From: Octopus sinensis | Lineage: Eukaryota | Assembly (NCBI RefSeq): GCF_006345805.1 | Contig: NC_043025.1 | Span: forward strand, 12,896,001-12,960,000 | Direction of reading: 5' to 3' | DNA: 64,000 bases | Shown here: positions 13,624 to 25,908 of the stretch, in pieces | How positions within the stretch are numbered: position 1 is the stretch's first letter | How the letters are laid out: each line of letters begins with the position of its first letter | Translations under genes and position numbers: made by a program | Notes under the pieces: generated by a model | What the model saw: the letters and a program-made list of their open reading frames with translations, nothing else | What the model was told of the DNA's origin: nothing | Database searches by the model: none

Positions 13624-14501
13624 CAGTGATTCCCAACCATTTTTTGCTTATGGACCCCTCTAATTCCTATTTTACACTGGAAGAGGGATCCTCAGTCATT
13701 CAATGTTTAACCCTTTCGTTACCAAACCGGCTCTGTAGTACAAATGTCTTGTTTTCCTAAGTTCTGAATTAAAATCTTCCACCAAACCTTAGTCACAATT
13801 TATGTTCCTAACACTAGCTTAATGATAACTAAGTTATTTTACTAAATTCTTTGTTATATTTAAAATTAATTGAAAGAAACACAGAGAATCTCAACAGAAA
13901 TATGGTAACAAAATGGTTAAAATATATAATAGAGAAACAATTCTTAACCCTTTTGATACCAACCTGGCTGAAACCACTTCTGGCTCTGTAGTACAAATGT
14001 CTTGTTTTCATAAGTTCTGAATTAAAATCTTCCACCAAACCTTAATCACAATTTATGTTCCTAACACTAGCTTAATGATAACCAAGTTATTTTACTAAAT
14101 TCTTTGTTATATTTAATATTAATTGAAAGAAATATGGAGCATCTCAAAATAAATACAGTAACGAAAGGGTTAATGTTCAGATTACTCTGTTAAATGTAAT
14201 ACTTTTTCACTCAAATTGTTTTGAATTAATCATGCATTATCTTATTATATCTTTGAGATTTCAATGATGTGGTTGTTTATTTATAGAATGTCACGGTAGG
14301 TTAGGTATGAGAGGCTAGATATGGCTAGTTCAAATATAAAACATGTAGAATATTTAGACCGGATATGGCCAGCTTGAACACGAAAGGATTAAAAACTCCT
14401 CTTATATTTTTATGATAAAATATTATTAGGAATTGTATTTTTAAAAAATGTTGAAATGTAACCAGTTTATATTTTCTATGGACCCTGGTTAGGAACCACC
14501 A
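13624..14501. mobile_element. Probable hAT-like MITE shell containing nested piggyBac-like MITEs
   Basis: CAGTGATTCCCAACC at 13624 and imperfect inverted GGTTAGGAACCACCA at 14487-14501 (11/15 match); no clear TSD. Confidence 0.4.
13707..14173 (+). mobile_element. piggyBac-like MITE family 1 dimer (unit A 13711-13916, 23 bp spacer, unit B 13948-14169)
   Basis: Each unit is bounded by TTAA; outer ends form a perfect 12 bp TIR CCCTTTCGTTAC/GTAACGAAAGGG. Confidence 0.8.
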
Positions 14502-14627
14502 GATTAAATAAAGGCATTGTATTTTGAAAATTGCCCAGCAACTACAGGATACTCAGCTAGTGTGTGAGGCATGCTCTGCTAGATGCGTGATGTCAGTTTA
14601 CACGTGTATAATTATATATATATATAT

Positions 14628-15420
14628 TTAGGCTTCCGGGTGGTCTTTTCCACTCGCGCGGGTACCACTCGACAACTGCGCAGGTCCACCGATTATCAGT
14701 GAGCTGGGCGACGTGTCCAGCCCATCTATACTTGCTGCGTGTATACTCTGCGATGACATCTCTCATGCCGGACTTCTTTCTGATGATGTTGCTATTTATG
14801 TGCTCTCTCAACGAGATACCAAGCAGTGACCGTTCCATGGCTCTTTGAGCCGTTACCAGTCTCTGCTCTTCTCTCTTTGTGGTAGCCCATGTTTCACTAC
14901 CAGATAACGGTGGAGTTACGATTTCAGGAGGACGATTGGGATCACGTGGATGAGAAAGGCACGATCCAGAGAGGAGTGGACAGCGTGCTGTGACCAACGG
15001 TGTCAAATGGACGCCTGACAGACTGGTCGGTCAAAGTGGTCAAAGTGATATATTTAGGCTAGTATCTTATCTGAGAGATTTCTCTGATCACAGTGTCTAT
15101 GTGACAAAACACTATCTTCTACATTACCGCAGTTTACATCTGCACTGAGGGAGAGAATAGGTAGCAGATATCTGGTGTGATGTCTGGTCCATCAACCAGG
15201 GTTGACTACATCATAGAGGTCTGTGTTTGATTTTTCAAAGCTGATGGGGGAGGTAAGGGTCAGAGCTGGTTCACTTTGTACCTGCTTGTAGTTTGGTGCC
15301 ATGCTATATGGCCCCGGCACGGCACAGTATCACAGCTTAAAACATTGGGGCAGGTATTGGCCCCTTTTGGCTGCTGTCACCTTAGCTGTGATGGGCGTGG
15401 AACAGGTGCACAGCAAGGTT
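14628..15420 (-). mobile_element. RTE-clade LINE relic (C-terminal region, preceded by non-RT sequence, possibly an internally deleted copy)
   Basis: SGSETWATTKREEQRLVTAQRAMERSLLGISLREHI...RWAGHVAQLTDNRWTCAVVEWYPREWKRPPG is the typical RTE post-RT region. Confidence 0.8.
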
Positions 15421-15522
15421 AAGCGAAAGTCTACATAGCTTCTGAAGGGGCAGAAAACCCAGTTGCTTCAAACACAAGAGCTTTCTTCTCAGAAAAATTA
15501 GAAAAGAAAAAGAAGGGCAACA

Positions 15523-15780
15523 GGCCCCAGAAATCTACAGGTTTCTGTTGCAAGGATTGCAGAAGAAATCCCCCTGATTTCAGCCTCAAAGCCCCAAGCA
15601 TGCATCGGACTGATTGGCCCCAGAAATCTACAGGTTTCTGTTGCAAGGATTGCAGAAGAAATCCCCTTGATTTCAGCCTCAAAGCCCCAAGCATGCATCG
15701 GACTGATTGGCCTCAGAAATCTACAGGTTTCTGTTGCAAGGATTGCAGAAGAAATCCCCACTTATTTCAGCCTCAAAGCC
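15523..15780 (+). repeat. 93 bp tandem repeat, about 2.8 copies
   Basis: GGCC(C/T)CAGAAATCTACAGG starts at 15523, 15616 and 15709. Confidence 0.9.
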
Positions 15781-15889
15781 AGCCACAACCAACAACAGAA
15801 CCCCTCGTCATTTTGAAATGGAAGGTAGTAAGTGGACGAAAAGCAGAATTGATAAGTTCTTAGTTCATTCGTTGTTGTGAATAATGACT

Positions 15890-16075
15890 AAAGATATTGA
15901 ATGAGAGTAGAAGAGGCACAGTGTGTCTTGCTGTGGCCAATCAGTCCGATGCATACTTGGAAGGCTCTGGTGCAGGTCTGGGGCTGAGGGGCAAGGATTT
16001 GGCTCAGAACTTGCATAGTTTGCATTTTATTCTGTGCCCTTGCAATCCTGTCCTGTTCATTTTCATCTCTGTACC
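15890..16075 (-). mobile_element. RTE-type C-terminal zinc-finger relic
   Basis: Minus-strand translation ...QTCTRAFQVCIGLIGHSKTH resembles the RTE C-terminal CxxC...IGLxxHxxxH motif. Confidence 0.55.
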
Positions 16076-16998
16076 CACATCATCATCATTTAGCGTCTGC
16101 TTTCCATGCTAGCATGGGTTGGATGGTTCAACTGGGGTCTGGGAAGCCAGGAGGCTGCACCAGGCTCCAGTCTTATCTGGCAGTGTTTCTACAGCTGGAT
16201 GCCCTTCCTAACGCCAATCACTCCGTGAGTGTAGTGGGTGCTTTTTATGTGCCAGACAAGGCTGGCAAACGGCCACAGACGGATGATGCTTTTTACGTGC
16301 CACCGGCACGGAGGCCAGTCGGGGTGGCGCTGGCAACGGTCAACAATTATATATAAAAGGGTAAAACGTCTTCCTGGGTCATATAAACTCACAGGGCCAG
16401 TTTCTGTGGCATATATTCACTCCCCTGGACAGGGTGACACTTCCCCCCACAAGATACTCGCTTTTGCCAGCAAAGTGAGATGAAGTGTTTTGCTCAAGAA
16501 CAATGCATCGCCCAGTCCAGGAATCGAAACCACAATCTCCCAATCATGAACCCATCACCTTGACCACTAAGCCATGTTGTCTCCACTAACCTGAATTGAT
16601 AAGTGACTGAGTATTCCTCAGACATGGTTACAAAAAAATTTCATTTATAAGTAGCAAAGAAAATAGTGAAAGGGAGATAGACATATTACTGAAGAGGAAA
16701 CCTGATTTAATATCATCCTCATCTACATCATCATGTGGTTGGGTTACCTGCCCAGACCATTGCAACCCTTCCATGCCAGATGATCTGATGAAGCAATGCA
16801 GCATGAACGTCTGGCAGTTTCTTGTCTGTTCATCTGCTCAGCATCCAGTAATATTTGCCATTGATTCAGTAAGTTCGTCTACTGAAATAGTTCACGTCCC
16901 CAGATGTCCCCTCAGGCAATGCTGCATGAATGCTCCAAGTTATTTTACTAAATTCTTTGTTATATTAAAGTAATTGAAAGAAATACAGAGCATCTATA

Positions 16999-17375
16999 GG
17001 CGCAGGAGTGGCTGTGTGGTAAGTAGCTTGCTCACCAACCACATGGTTCCGGATTCAGTCCCACTGCGTGGCACCTTGGGCAAGTGTCTTCTGCTATAGC
17101 CTCGGGCTGACCAAAGCCTTGTGAGTGGATTTGGTAGACGGAAACTGAAAGAAGCCCATCGTATATATGTATCTTTGTGTGTCTGTGTTTGTCCCATCCA
17201 ACATTGCTTGAGAACCGATGCTGGCGTGTTTACGTCCCCGTTACTTAGCGGTTCGGCAAAAGAGACCGATAGAATAAATACTGGGCTTACTAAGAATAAG
17301 TCCCGGGGTCGATTTGCTCGACTAAAGGTGGTGCTCCAGCATGGCCGCAGTCAAATGACTGAAACAAGTAGAAGA
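16999..17375 (+). mobile_element. SINE family A (tRNA head + CORE-like domain; octopus OR-type-like), full length. About 20 full or partial copies in the window
   Basis: A box TGGCTGTGTGGT, B-box-like GGATTCAGTCCC, CORE-like CCTTGGGCAAGTGTCTT, tail GGTGCTCCAGCATGGCCGCAGTCAAATGACTGAAACAAGT. Other near-full copies at 20779-21159(-), 23214-23579(-), 26553-26930(-), 30722-31101(+), 41891-42277(+), 44579-44964(+), 49072-49487(-), 52545-52949(-), 53784-54190(+). Confidence 0.9.
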
Positions 17376-19274
17376 GGTGACAGTTTTCATCTGCCAAAAT
17401 CCTTCACTTTTCACATTGAGGATATTGGCCAACCTGAGGGCCCTGTGGAAGACAATATTTGCTCAATGTGCCACGTGCTGGGATCAAACCTGAAACCAGT
17501 TGGTTGTGAAACAAACTGCTTAACCACACAGCCACCGTAATAATAATATATCCCTGGACTAATTACAAAGCCTTGTGAGTGGAAAATGAACGAAGCCTAT
17601 TGTGGTACCTATCTATCTCGGTGCCACATAAAGAGCACCCAGTGCACTCTGTAAATGTTTGGAAGGGCCTGCCAGAGCAAGCAATGGAACCTGGCGTAGT
17701 TCTCAGGTTTAGCAGCTCCTTAGGAAGGGCATCCAGCTGTAGAAACACTGCCAGATCAGATTGGAGCCTGGTGCAGCCTCCATGGCTTACCAGACCCCGG
17801 TTGAACCATCCAATCTATGCTAGCATGGAAAACGGACGTTAAACGATGATGATGACAAAACAGACCAGAGAGCCTGACCTAGTCCTCTGGTTTACCAGCT
17901 CCTGTGAAACCATCCGTCCCATGCCAGTATGGAAGATATATTAAATGATGATACACATACATTCTGTAAAGTAGGTGGTGTTAGGAAGGTCATCCAGTCA
18001 TGGAAACCATGACAAATCAGAGCAAAGAGCCTAGCACAGTCCTCTGGCTTGCTAGCATGGAAGACGGGTGTTAAATGAATTTAATGATATGACATGGGAG
18101 TAATTAATCTATCTTCACCTTTCACACCTCGCTTTATTCCTTACAGATTTCCTGGATTTTTAGTTCGAGGGCCTTACTAAATTACACTACTTTGTCATTG
18201 ATTGTCAACTGATAGCCAACTCCGAGTGGAGAGCTTACTATGAACGCTGCATGATCCTCTCTATTTTGTGTGTATCTGTATGTGTATGTGCTCTTTTCTT
18301 GTCATCATCATCATCATCATTTAATGTCCGCTTTCCATGCTGGCATGGGTTGGACAGTTCAACTGGGGTCTGGGAAGCCAGAGGGCTGCACCAGGCCTAG
18401 TCTGATCTGGCAGTGTTTCTACAGCTGGATGCCCTTCCTAACTCCAACCACTCCGTGAGTGTAGTGGGTGCTTTTTACGTGCCAGATGCGGCTGGCAGAC
18501 GGCCACGATCGGATGGTACTTTTTACGTGCCAATGGCCATCTTGTGATGGTTGTAAACGAGCACCATTGTTGTACAAGCAGTGTCTTATGTTTCTAGGCT
18601 TCCATAAGAAACACATGTGGCTATAGGAAATAACTGACCGATTGCCGGCCTTTCGTGGTTAGCAGTCGTCAGGGCAAGACACATTTTTTTCTCTCTCTGC
18701 TCTAAGGCATTTTTCTAACACGCCAGCTCAAAGTTTACTCGTTCTGTCGAAAAGACGCCTGTCTGTGACGTCCTGTTTTTGTTATTATTATTATTATTAT
18801 CATTATTGTTTTTACGTATTTTCATATTCTTATTCGTGTAACATCGTCCGTTTTTCCGTCCTTGTTTTGTATACATTCGACGCTTTCTTCCAAGGAATCT
18901 AATGCGCTTGGCTTAGATTTTCCTTTGGGGCTGCCCAGATTGGAGCAATCTCAAGATTAATCAGCCGAAATTGCGAGGATGATCCGGTTCTTGACTGAAG
19001 ATTGAAGGCTTTGATTGTCCCGTCCGTGTTTTGCGTTCTTGTCCCAGTTTGTATTTTTTTACATATACAAATAGGAAATATTACCTTGCTTGGAAACTGG
19101 TGAGGGTCGGTGAGAAGAAGGGGGTCTGCCTCAACGAATTCCGACTGATCCACGCAGGGCACGGAAAAGTGGGGAATTAAATCGATGAGGATGAGGATTT
19201 TTTATCGCATCTCCATGACTCTTGCAGTAACCAAAGAATTTACCATTGTTGTTGTTGTTGTTGTTGTGTTTCAG

Positions 19275-19503
19275 AGATGAGTACAGTGGCGGTGGCGGAG
19301 GTGGTGGTGGTGGCGGCGGCGGCGGCGGAAGAGGTTACGGAGGCGACTACGGTGGAAGTGGCGGTGGCAGTGACAGGTACAGTGAGCGCGGTGGCCGTTC
19401 CAACAGCAGGCTGCCTTCCGAACCCCCCTACACAGCGTTTGTTGGCAACTTGCCGTACAAAGTTGTGCAGAGAGACTTAGAAATTATATTTGACGGACTC
19501 GGA
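19275..19503 (+). CDS. EIF4H: eIF4H exon 2 (poly-Gly/RGG region and first part of the RRM: LPSEPPYTAFVGNLPY)
   Basis: TTTCAG| acceptor, GGA|GTAAGT donor; LPSEPPYTAFVGNLP matches eIF4H LPTEPPYTAYVGNLP (RNP2). Confidence 0.95.
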
Positions 19504-19777
19504 GTAAGTTGGCAGACGATATCCTCGTCGATTTGCTTTAATTAATTGCGTTTCTTTTCTTAGTCTTTTTTGCTCACCAACTCAGGTTCGTTCGTACAAA
19601 AAATCTCTGGCCTTGAAGTAAAAACTGCTTGTTGGAATTTTGTTACATTCCAAAGACGAATGTATATCGGTTAAAGTGAGACTGCCTCTTTGTGGCACTT
19701 GGAATTACTAGAAATAAAAAGCCGACATCTCTTAGATTTCGCAATATAGCAGGTTTTAAAAAAAAAAATCTACATCT

Positions 19778-20455
19778 AGGTATGCAGTAATATATATCTG
19801 GAAGATCCTGGAAGGAATTGTGCCAAATTTTGGCATTGAAAGCTACACCAATGCCAGAACGGGACGACACTGCATAGTGCCAAAGATCCCAGCAATGCCA
19901 TCACGCTTCAGGACCAGCTTCTGCAACAGCCTGGGTTTCAAGGGCCCACAGCTTTTTAATATTCTCCCAAAGAATCTGAGGAACTTGCACAAAGTAGATG
20001 TAGGGTTTTTTTAAACCAAAGCTGGTCCTCTTCCTGTCGAGAGTCCCAGATGAACCTACCTCGCGGCAAGAGATGCACAAAGTAGATGTAGGGTTTTTTT
20101 AAATCAAAGCTGGACCTCTTCCTGTCGAGAGTCCCAGATGAGCCTACCTTGCGGCAAGAGGTGCACAAAGTAGATGTAGGGTTTTTTAAAATCAAAGCTG
20201 GACCTCTTCCTGTTGAGAGTCCCAGATGAACCTACCTCGCGGCAAGAGGCGCACAAAGTAGATGTAGGGTTTTTTAAAATCAAAGCTGGACCTCTTCCTG
20301 TCGAGAGTCCCAGATGAGCCTACCTCATGGCAAGAGGTGCAGATTGAGGGTAGCTATATCAAACTCCATTCTTCACCAAGTGCCACATATTAGAGGAGGC
20401 TCTTAGTAATAACAGTGTAGCACAAAACGACGGTGCATCAGCATGGCCGCAGCTC
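19778..20455 (+). mobile_element. CR1/Jockey-group LINE 3' fragment carrying a 4-copy 88 bp internal tandem array (19987-20338)
   Basis: RYAVIYIWKILEGIVPN...NSLGFKGPQLFNILPKNLRN is a non-LTR RT C-terminus; units start at 19987, 20075, 20163 and 20251. Confidence 0.8.
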
Positions 20456-20778
20456 CGGGTGGAGCAGGTAAAATTCAGACTACACACGTTTCCTTTTGTG
20501 GTAGTTAATCAATGTGGGGTTCCCAGCTAATTACTTATTAGGCCTAAGATAGCTTAATTATATGAAGGTGACGTTGTCGTTGAGGATTCCTAAGTTGCTG
20601 ACTGTAAGCTATAAAGATTTCTTTTCAGCTTATCGGACTTCGATATGAGAAAAGCCTACGGCCCTCAACACTAATAGATTATTATTGTTCCTGGGCATTG
20701 TTTCTTCATACCTACTATGGACTGCTCGAAGCTTACAAAATCCCTACGCTTAGATCCTGGGGTCTTATATTATATATA

Positions 20779-21159
20779 CTCTTACTCTCTTGTTTCAGTC
20801 ATTTGACTGCGGCCATGCTGGAGCACCGCCTTTAGTCGAGCAACTCGACCCCGGGACTTATTCTTTTGTAAGCCCAATACTTATTCTTTCGGTCTCTTTT
20901 GCCGAACTGCTAAGTAACGGGGACGTAAACACACCAGCATCGGTTGTCAAACAATGCTAGGGGGACAAACACACATATATTTATATATACATATATACAA
21001 TGGGCTTCTTTCAGTTTCCGTCAACCAAATCCACTCACAAGGCTTTGGTCAGCCCGAAGCTATAGTAGAAAACACTTGACAAGGTGCCACGCAGTGGGAC
21101 TGAACCCAGAACCGTGTGGTTGGTAAGCAAGCTACTTACCACACAGCCACTCTTACGCC
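20779..21159 (-). mobile_element. SINE family A, full length, inverted relative to the copy at 16999
   Basis: Reverse complement of the family A consensus from tail to head. Confidence 0.9.
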
Positions 21160-21427
21160 TATAACTTTAAAGGTCAAAATCCCTAGTGCATATTATACAC
21201 GAGGTTAAAAATGAAAATTATTTTCTAAGCAATGTCCGAGTCACTATTTGCTGTCCGGCAATGTTTATTCCGACGCATTTTGTGATGTCGGGCGAGAAAA
21301 TCCCTTAAGCTAAGCCTGAAAGCAATGAAGTCCTAAAAGAATCATCCATAACTTGCAATAAGCAACATTTATTAAACGTTATTACTGTTATTTCTTTATT
21401 TTCTGCAAACAAAATGCACAAAAAGGC

Positions 21428-22811
21428 TACACGTTTGCATTATGTTATATATACAATAATAATAAAGGACGTTACCATATACAGTTTTACAAACCAAGGA
21501 CATTATATAGACCTCCTTGACTCAAGTTAGAGAAGGGGTGCGTATTATACACATGGTTTAGGTTTTCCAGAGGTAGAGCCCCCTAAAAACCCCCTGCGTA
21601 TACACGTTTGCATTATGTTATATATACAATAATAATAAAGGACATTACCGTATACAGTTTTACAAACCAAGGACGTTATATAGACCTCCTTGACTCAAGT
21701 TAGAGAAGGGGTGCGTATTATACACAAGGTTTAGGTTTTCCAGAGGTACAGCCCCCTAAAAATCCCCTACGTATACACGTTTGCATTATGTTATATATAC
21801 AATAATAATAAAGGACGTTACTGTATACATTTTTACAAACCAAGGACGTTATATAGACCTCCTTGACTCAAGTTAGAGAAGGGGTGCGTATTATACACAA
21901 GGTTTAGGTTTTCCAGAGGTACAGCCCCCTAAAAATCCCCTACGTATACACGTTTGCATTATGTTATATATACAATAATAATAAAGGACGTTACCGTATA
22001 CATTTTTACAAACCAAGGACGGTATATAGACCTCCTTGACTCAAGTTAGAGAAGGGGTGCGTATTATACACAAGGTTTAGGTTTTCCAGAGGTACAGCCC
22101 CCTAAAAATCCCCTGTGTATACACGTTTGCATTATGTTATATATACAATAATAATAAAGGACGTTACCGTATACATTTTTACAAACCAAGGACGGTATAT
22201 AGACCTCCTTGACTCAAGTTAGAGAAGGGGTGCGTATTATACACAAGGTTTAGGTTTTTCAGAAGTACAGCCCCCTAAAAATCCCCTACGTATACACGTT
22301 TGCATTATGTTATATATACAATAATAATAAAGGACGTTACCGTATACATTTTTACAAACCAAGGACGGTATATAGACCTCCTTGACTCAAGTTAGAGAAG
22401 GGGTGCGTATTATACACAAGGTTTAGGTTTTCCAGAGGTACAGCCCCCTAAAAGTCCCCTGTGTATACACGTTTGCATTATGTTATATATACAATAATAA
22501 TAAAGGACGTTACCGTATACATTTTTACAAACCAAGGACGGTATATAGACCTCCTTGACTCAAGTTAGAGAAGGGGTGCGTATTATACACAAGGTTTAGG
22601 TTTTTCAGAAGTACAGCCCCCTAAAAATCCCCTGCGTATACACGTTTGCATTATGTTATATATACAATAATAATAAAGGACGTTACCGTATACATTTTTA
22701 CAAACCAAGGACGGTGTATAGACCTCCTTGACTCAAGTTAGAGAAGGGGTGCGTATTATACACAAGGTTTAGGTTTTTCAGAAGTACAGCCCCCTAAAAA
22801 TCACCTGCGTA
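21428..22811. repeat. Homogeneous tandem array, 8 x 173 bp
   Basis: TACACGTTTGCATT at 21428, 21601, 21774, 21947, 22120, 22293, 22466 and 22639. Confidence 0.95.
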
Positions 22812-22892
22812 TTATACTTGAGGATTTACATATAACATCTTCATTATTGGCATTTTTATAATTTGTCTTACCTGTACTACCATTTATTACAG

Positions 22893-22941
22893 GTACGGAA
22901 TGTACGACTAGTCCGAGACAGAGACACAGACAAATTTAAAG
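22893..22941 (+). CDS. EIF4H: eIF4H exon 3 (VRNVRLVRDRDTDKFK-G)
   Basis: TTACAG| acceptor, G|GTAAGT donor, 49 nt; matches eIF4H IRSVRLVRDKDTDKFKG. Confidence 0.95.
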
Positions 22942-24555
22942 GTAAGTGATGAAACCATTCATGGGCCCTTTGCTTTCTTTTATTGAATTCTTTGTGTTGT
23001 CTGGCTGGCTTGTCTTGGATTAATAAACAGCACTAGGTACCATGTGATCTGGTATGGTACCTTGTTGGGTTGGGTACCATAAAGCTGGTTGTTCCTTGTG
23101 TTAGCTGACCCCTAATATCACTCTTACCATGGTATCGACTAGTGTTTAGCCACTGGTCAATTCTGGTCCAGCAGACCACTAGTTGTCAAGCAGTGGATGG
23201 GGACACATGCATACTCTTTTACGTGTTTCAGTCATTTGACTGCGGCCATGCTGGAGCACCGCCTTTAGCCGAGCAAATCGACCCCGGAACTTAGTCTTTG
23301 TAAGCCCAGTACTTATTCTATCGGTCTCTTTTGCCGAACCGCTAAGTTACGGGGGTGTAAACACACCAGCATCGGTTAACAAGTGATGTTGGTGGGGGTA
23401 CAAACACAGACATATATACGACGGGCTTCTTTCAGTTTTCGTCTGCCAAATCCACTCACAAGGCTTTGGTCAACCCGAGGCTATAGTAGAAGACACTTGC
23501 CCAAGGTGCCACGCACTGGGACTGAACCCGGAACCATGTGGTTGGTAAGCAGGCTACTTACCACACAGACACTCCTGCATCTATCTGCTTCTTTCAGTTT
23601 TTGCCTACCAAATCCTCACAGAAAGCTTTGGTCTGTCCAAACTGCCATGCCATGAACCTCCAGCCATGTGGTTGGATAGCCAGCTTCTTATCACACGGCC
23701 ACACGTGCACCTTCAGTATAATAAGTACTTTCTTTTTCCTTCGTCCTTCACAGTACTCGGAGAGTAATTTTCTGTGGTTGCATTGTTTTGAAGGAACCAT
23801 CAAATTCCAGGGTAGGAGTGCATTAAACTAAGCTTTTACTAGTTTATGTTTTAAGCACCAGCAGTTGGCCCCTCATGCAACAACATCATCATCATCATCG
23901 TTTAACGTCCATTTTTCCATGCTAGCATGGGTTGGACGGTTCGACCGGGGTCTGGAAAGCCAGGAGGCTGCACCAGGCTCCAGTCTGATCTGGCAGTGTT
24001 TCTACAGCTGGATGCCCTTCCTAATGCCAACCACTCCGAGAGTGTAGTGGGTGCTTTTTACGTGCCACTGGCACGGAAGCCGGTCTAGGCAGCGCTGGCA
24101 TTGGCCACATTCAGATGGTGCTTTTTACTTGCCACCGGCACAGGGATCGCAACTGCAGTTTCCATTGATTCTTGATGTCGGTGTCCTTGACTCAGTGGAT
24201 CTCCTCAAGCAAAGGGTCGAAACGGTGTTTCTTCACTTGCCACCTGCACAGGAGTCAGTCCAGCGGTATATATATATTATTATCGTTTAGCGTCCGCTTT
24301 CCATGCTAGCATGGGTTGGACGGTTCGACCGGGGATCTGGGAAGCCAGGAGGCTGCACCAGGCTCCAGTCTGATCTGGCAGTGTTTCTACAGCTGGATGC
24401 CCTTCCTCATGCGCCAAAACCCTTAATTTCATAATAGGAAAATATCCATGGTAGGAGGTCGGGGGTGTGGCTAAAACGCTTTGCAGTGCCCCAGCATGGG
24501 CTTGGTCCAGTACCCAATGACCACTGACTTTTTTTTTTCTTTGTTTTATTTTCAG

Positions 24556-24620
24556 GTTTTGCTTATGTTGAGTTTGATCAGCTTCAGTCGTTGAAGGAGG
24601 CTCTTTCTTATGATGGTGCA
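24556..24620 (+). CDS. EIF4H: eIF4H exon 4 (GFAYVEFDQLQSLKEALSYDGA, RNP1)
   Basis: TTTCAG| acceptor, GCA|GTACGT donor, 65 nt; matches [22 protein letters not shown]. Confidence 0.95.
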
Positions 24621-24654
24621 GTACGTATCTTTCAGTTTTTTGCCGGCATCATTT

Positions 24655-25194
24655 ATCTAGGACTACATTATCCAATGTGTCCTTCCTTGTAGTTGTTGTT
24701 TAGCCCCAGGTCAGTCCTGATCCAGCAGACCTATGATCAAAGATGTTCCAGCAGTGGCCATCCTGTCTTTTATTCAGACAAAGTGTATCTAGGACTACAT
24801 TATCTAATGTGTCCTTCCTTGTTGTTTAGCCCAGGCCATCCTGATCCAGTAGAACTGTGATCAAAGATGTTCCAGCTGTGACCATCCTGACTTTTATTCA
24901 GGCATAGTGTATCTAGGACTACATTATCTAATGTGTCCTTCCTTGTAGTTGTTGTTTAGCCCCAGGTCAGTCCTGATCCAGCAGACCTATGATCAAAGAT
25001 GTTCCAGCTGTGACCATCCTGACTTTTATTCAGGCATAGTGTATCTAGGACTACATTATCTAATGTGTCTTTCCTTGCTTAGCCCTAGGTCAGTCCTGAT
25101 CCAGGCAGACCTATGATCAAAGATGTTCCAGCTGTGAACATCCTGTCTTTTATTCAGGCAGAGTGTATCTAGGACTACATTATCTAATGTGTCT
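24655..25194. repeat. Tandem array of 124-132 bp units (4 copies plus a partial) starting 35 nt after eIF4H exon 4
   Basis: ATCTAGGACTACATT at 24655, 24787, 24911, 25043 and 25167. Confidence 0.9.
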
Positions 25195-25535
25195 GATAAG
25201 GGTACACTAGGCACATGCATCACAACCATATGTGCGCAACATGGTGATCCCATATCAAGATAAACAGCACATGACCTTGCAGGTGGGGCCCAGTTAGAAT
25301 TTTTGCCAGGTTGAGTAGCCCATCCTGCTCGAAAGGTCCCTGAATAAGGGTTGTTTAAGGATGTTGAATGAAACACCCATGTTTGCAGGGGTGTATTTTC
25401 CAAACCCCAAAGAATCCCTCTCAACACATGGCAATGATGCTCTCCCACTACATCTGCTCGTGATTAGAGATGCACATATTGTCAGCCACTAAGGGACATG
25501 CTCAACTGGTTATGGTCAAACAAATCTGCGATATA

Positions 25536-25572
<37 letters not shown>

Positions 25573-25820
25573 ATGGCAAACTGGCAGAATCTTTAGCACA
25601 GTGGATGAAATGTTTGGTAGTATTTCAACTGCCGCTACATTCTGAATTCAAATTCTGCTGAGGTCGGCTTCGCCTTTCATCCTTTTGAGGTCAATAAATT
25701 ATGTACCAGTTGGACCCTGGGGTCAATATAATCAACACATCCCCCACCCCCAAAATGGCTGCCCTTGTGGCAAAATTTGAAACCATTATTATTATTATTA
25801 TTATTATTATTTATTTTCAG

Positions 25821-25908
25821 GTTTTTGAAGAACGTTCTTTACGGGTCGACGTTGCCGAGGGCCGTCAGCGTGACAAAGGGTCTTTTGGCGGTCGTGGCCG
25901 TTCACAAG
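25821..25908 (+). CDS. EIF4H: eIF4H exon 5 (VFEERSLRVDVAEGRQRDKGSFGGRGRSQ-G)
   Basis: TTTCAG| acceptor, G|GTATGT donor, 88 nt; matches RSLRVDIAEGRKQDKGGFG. Confidence 0.95.

Noticed and set aside
21428-22811. Regular arrays that superficially resemble CRISPR (also 19987-20338, 24655-25194 and 58159-58683)
   Set aside because: No unique spacers between repeats, no cas genes, and a spliced eukaryotic context.
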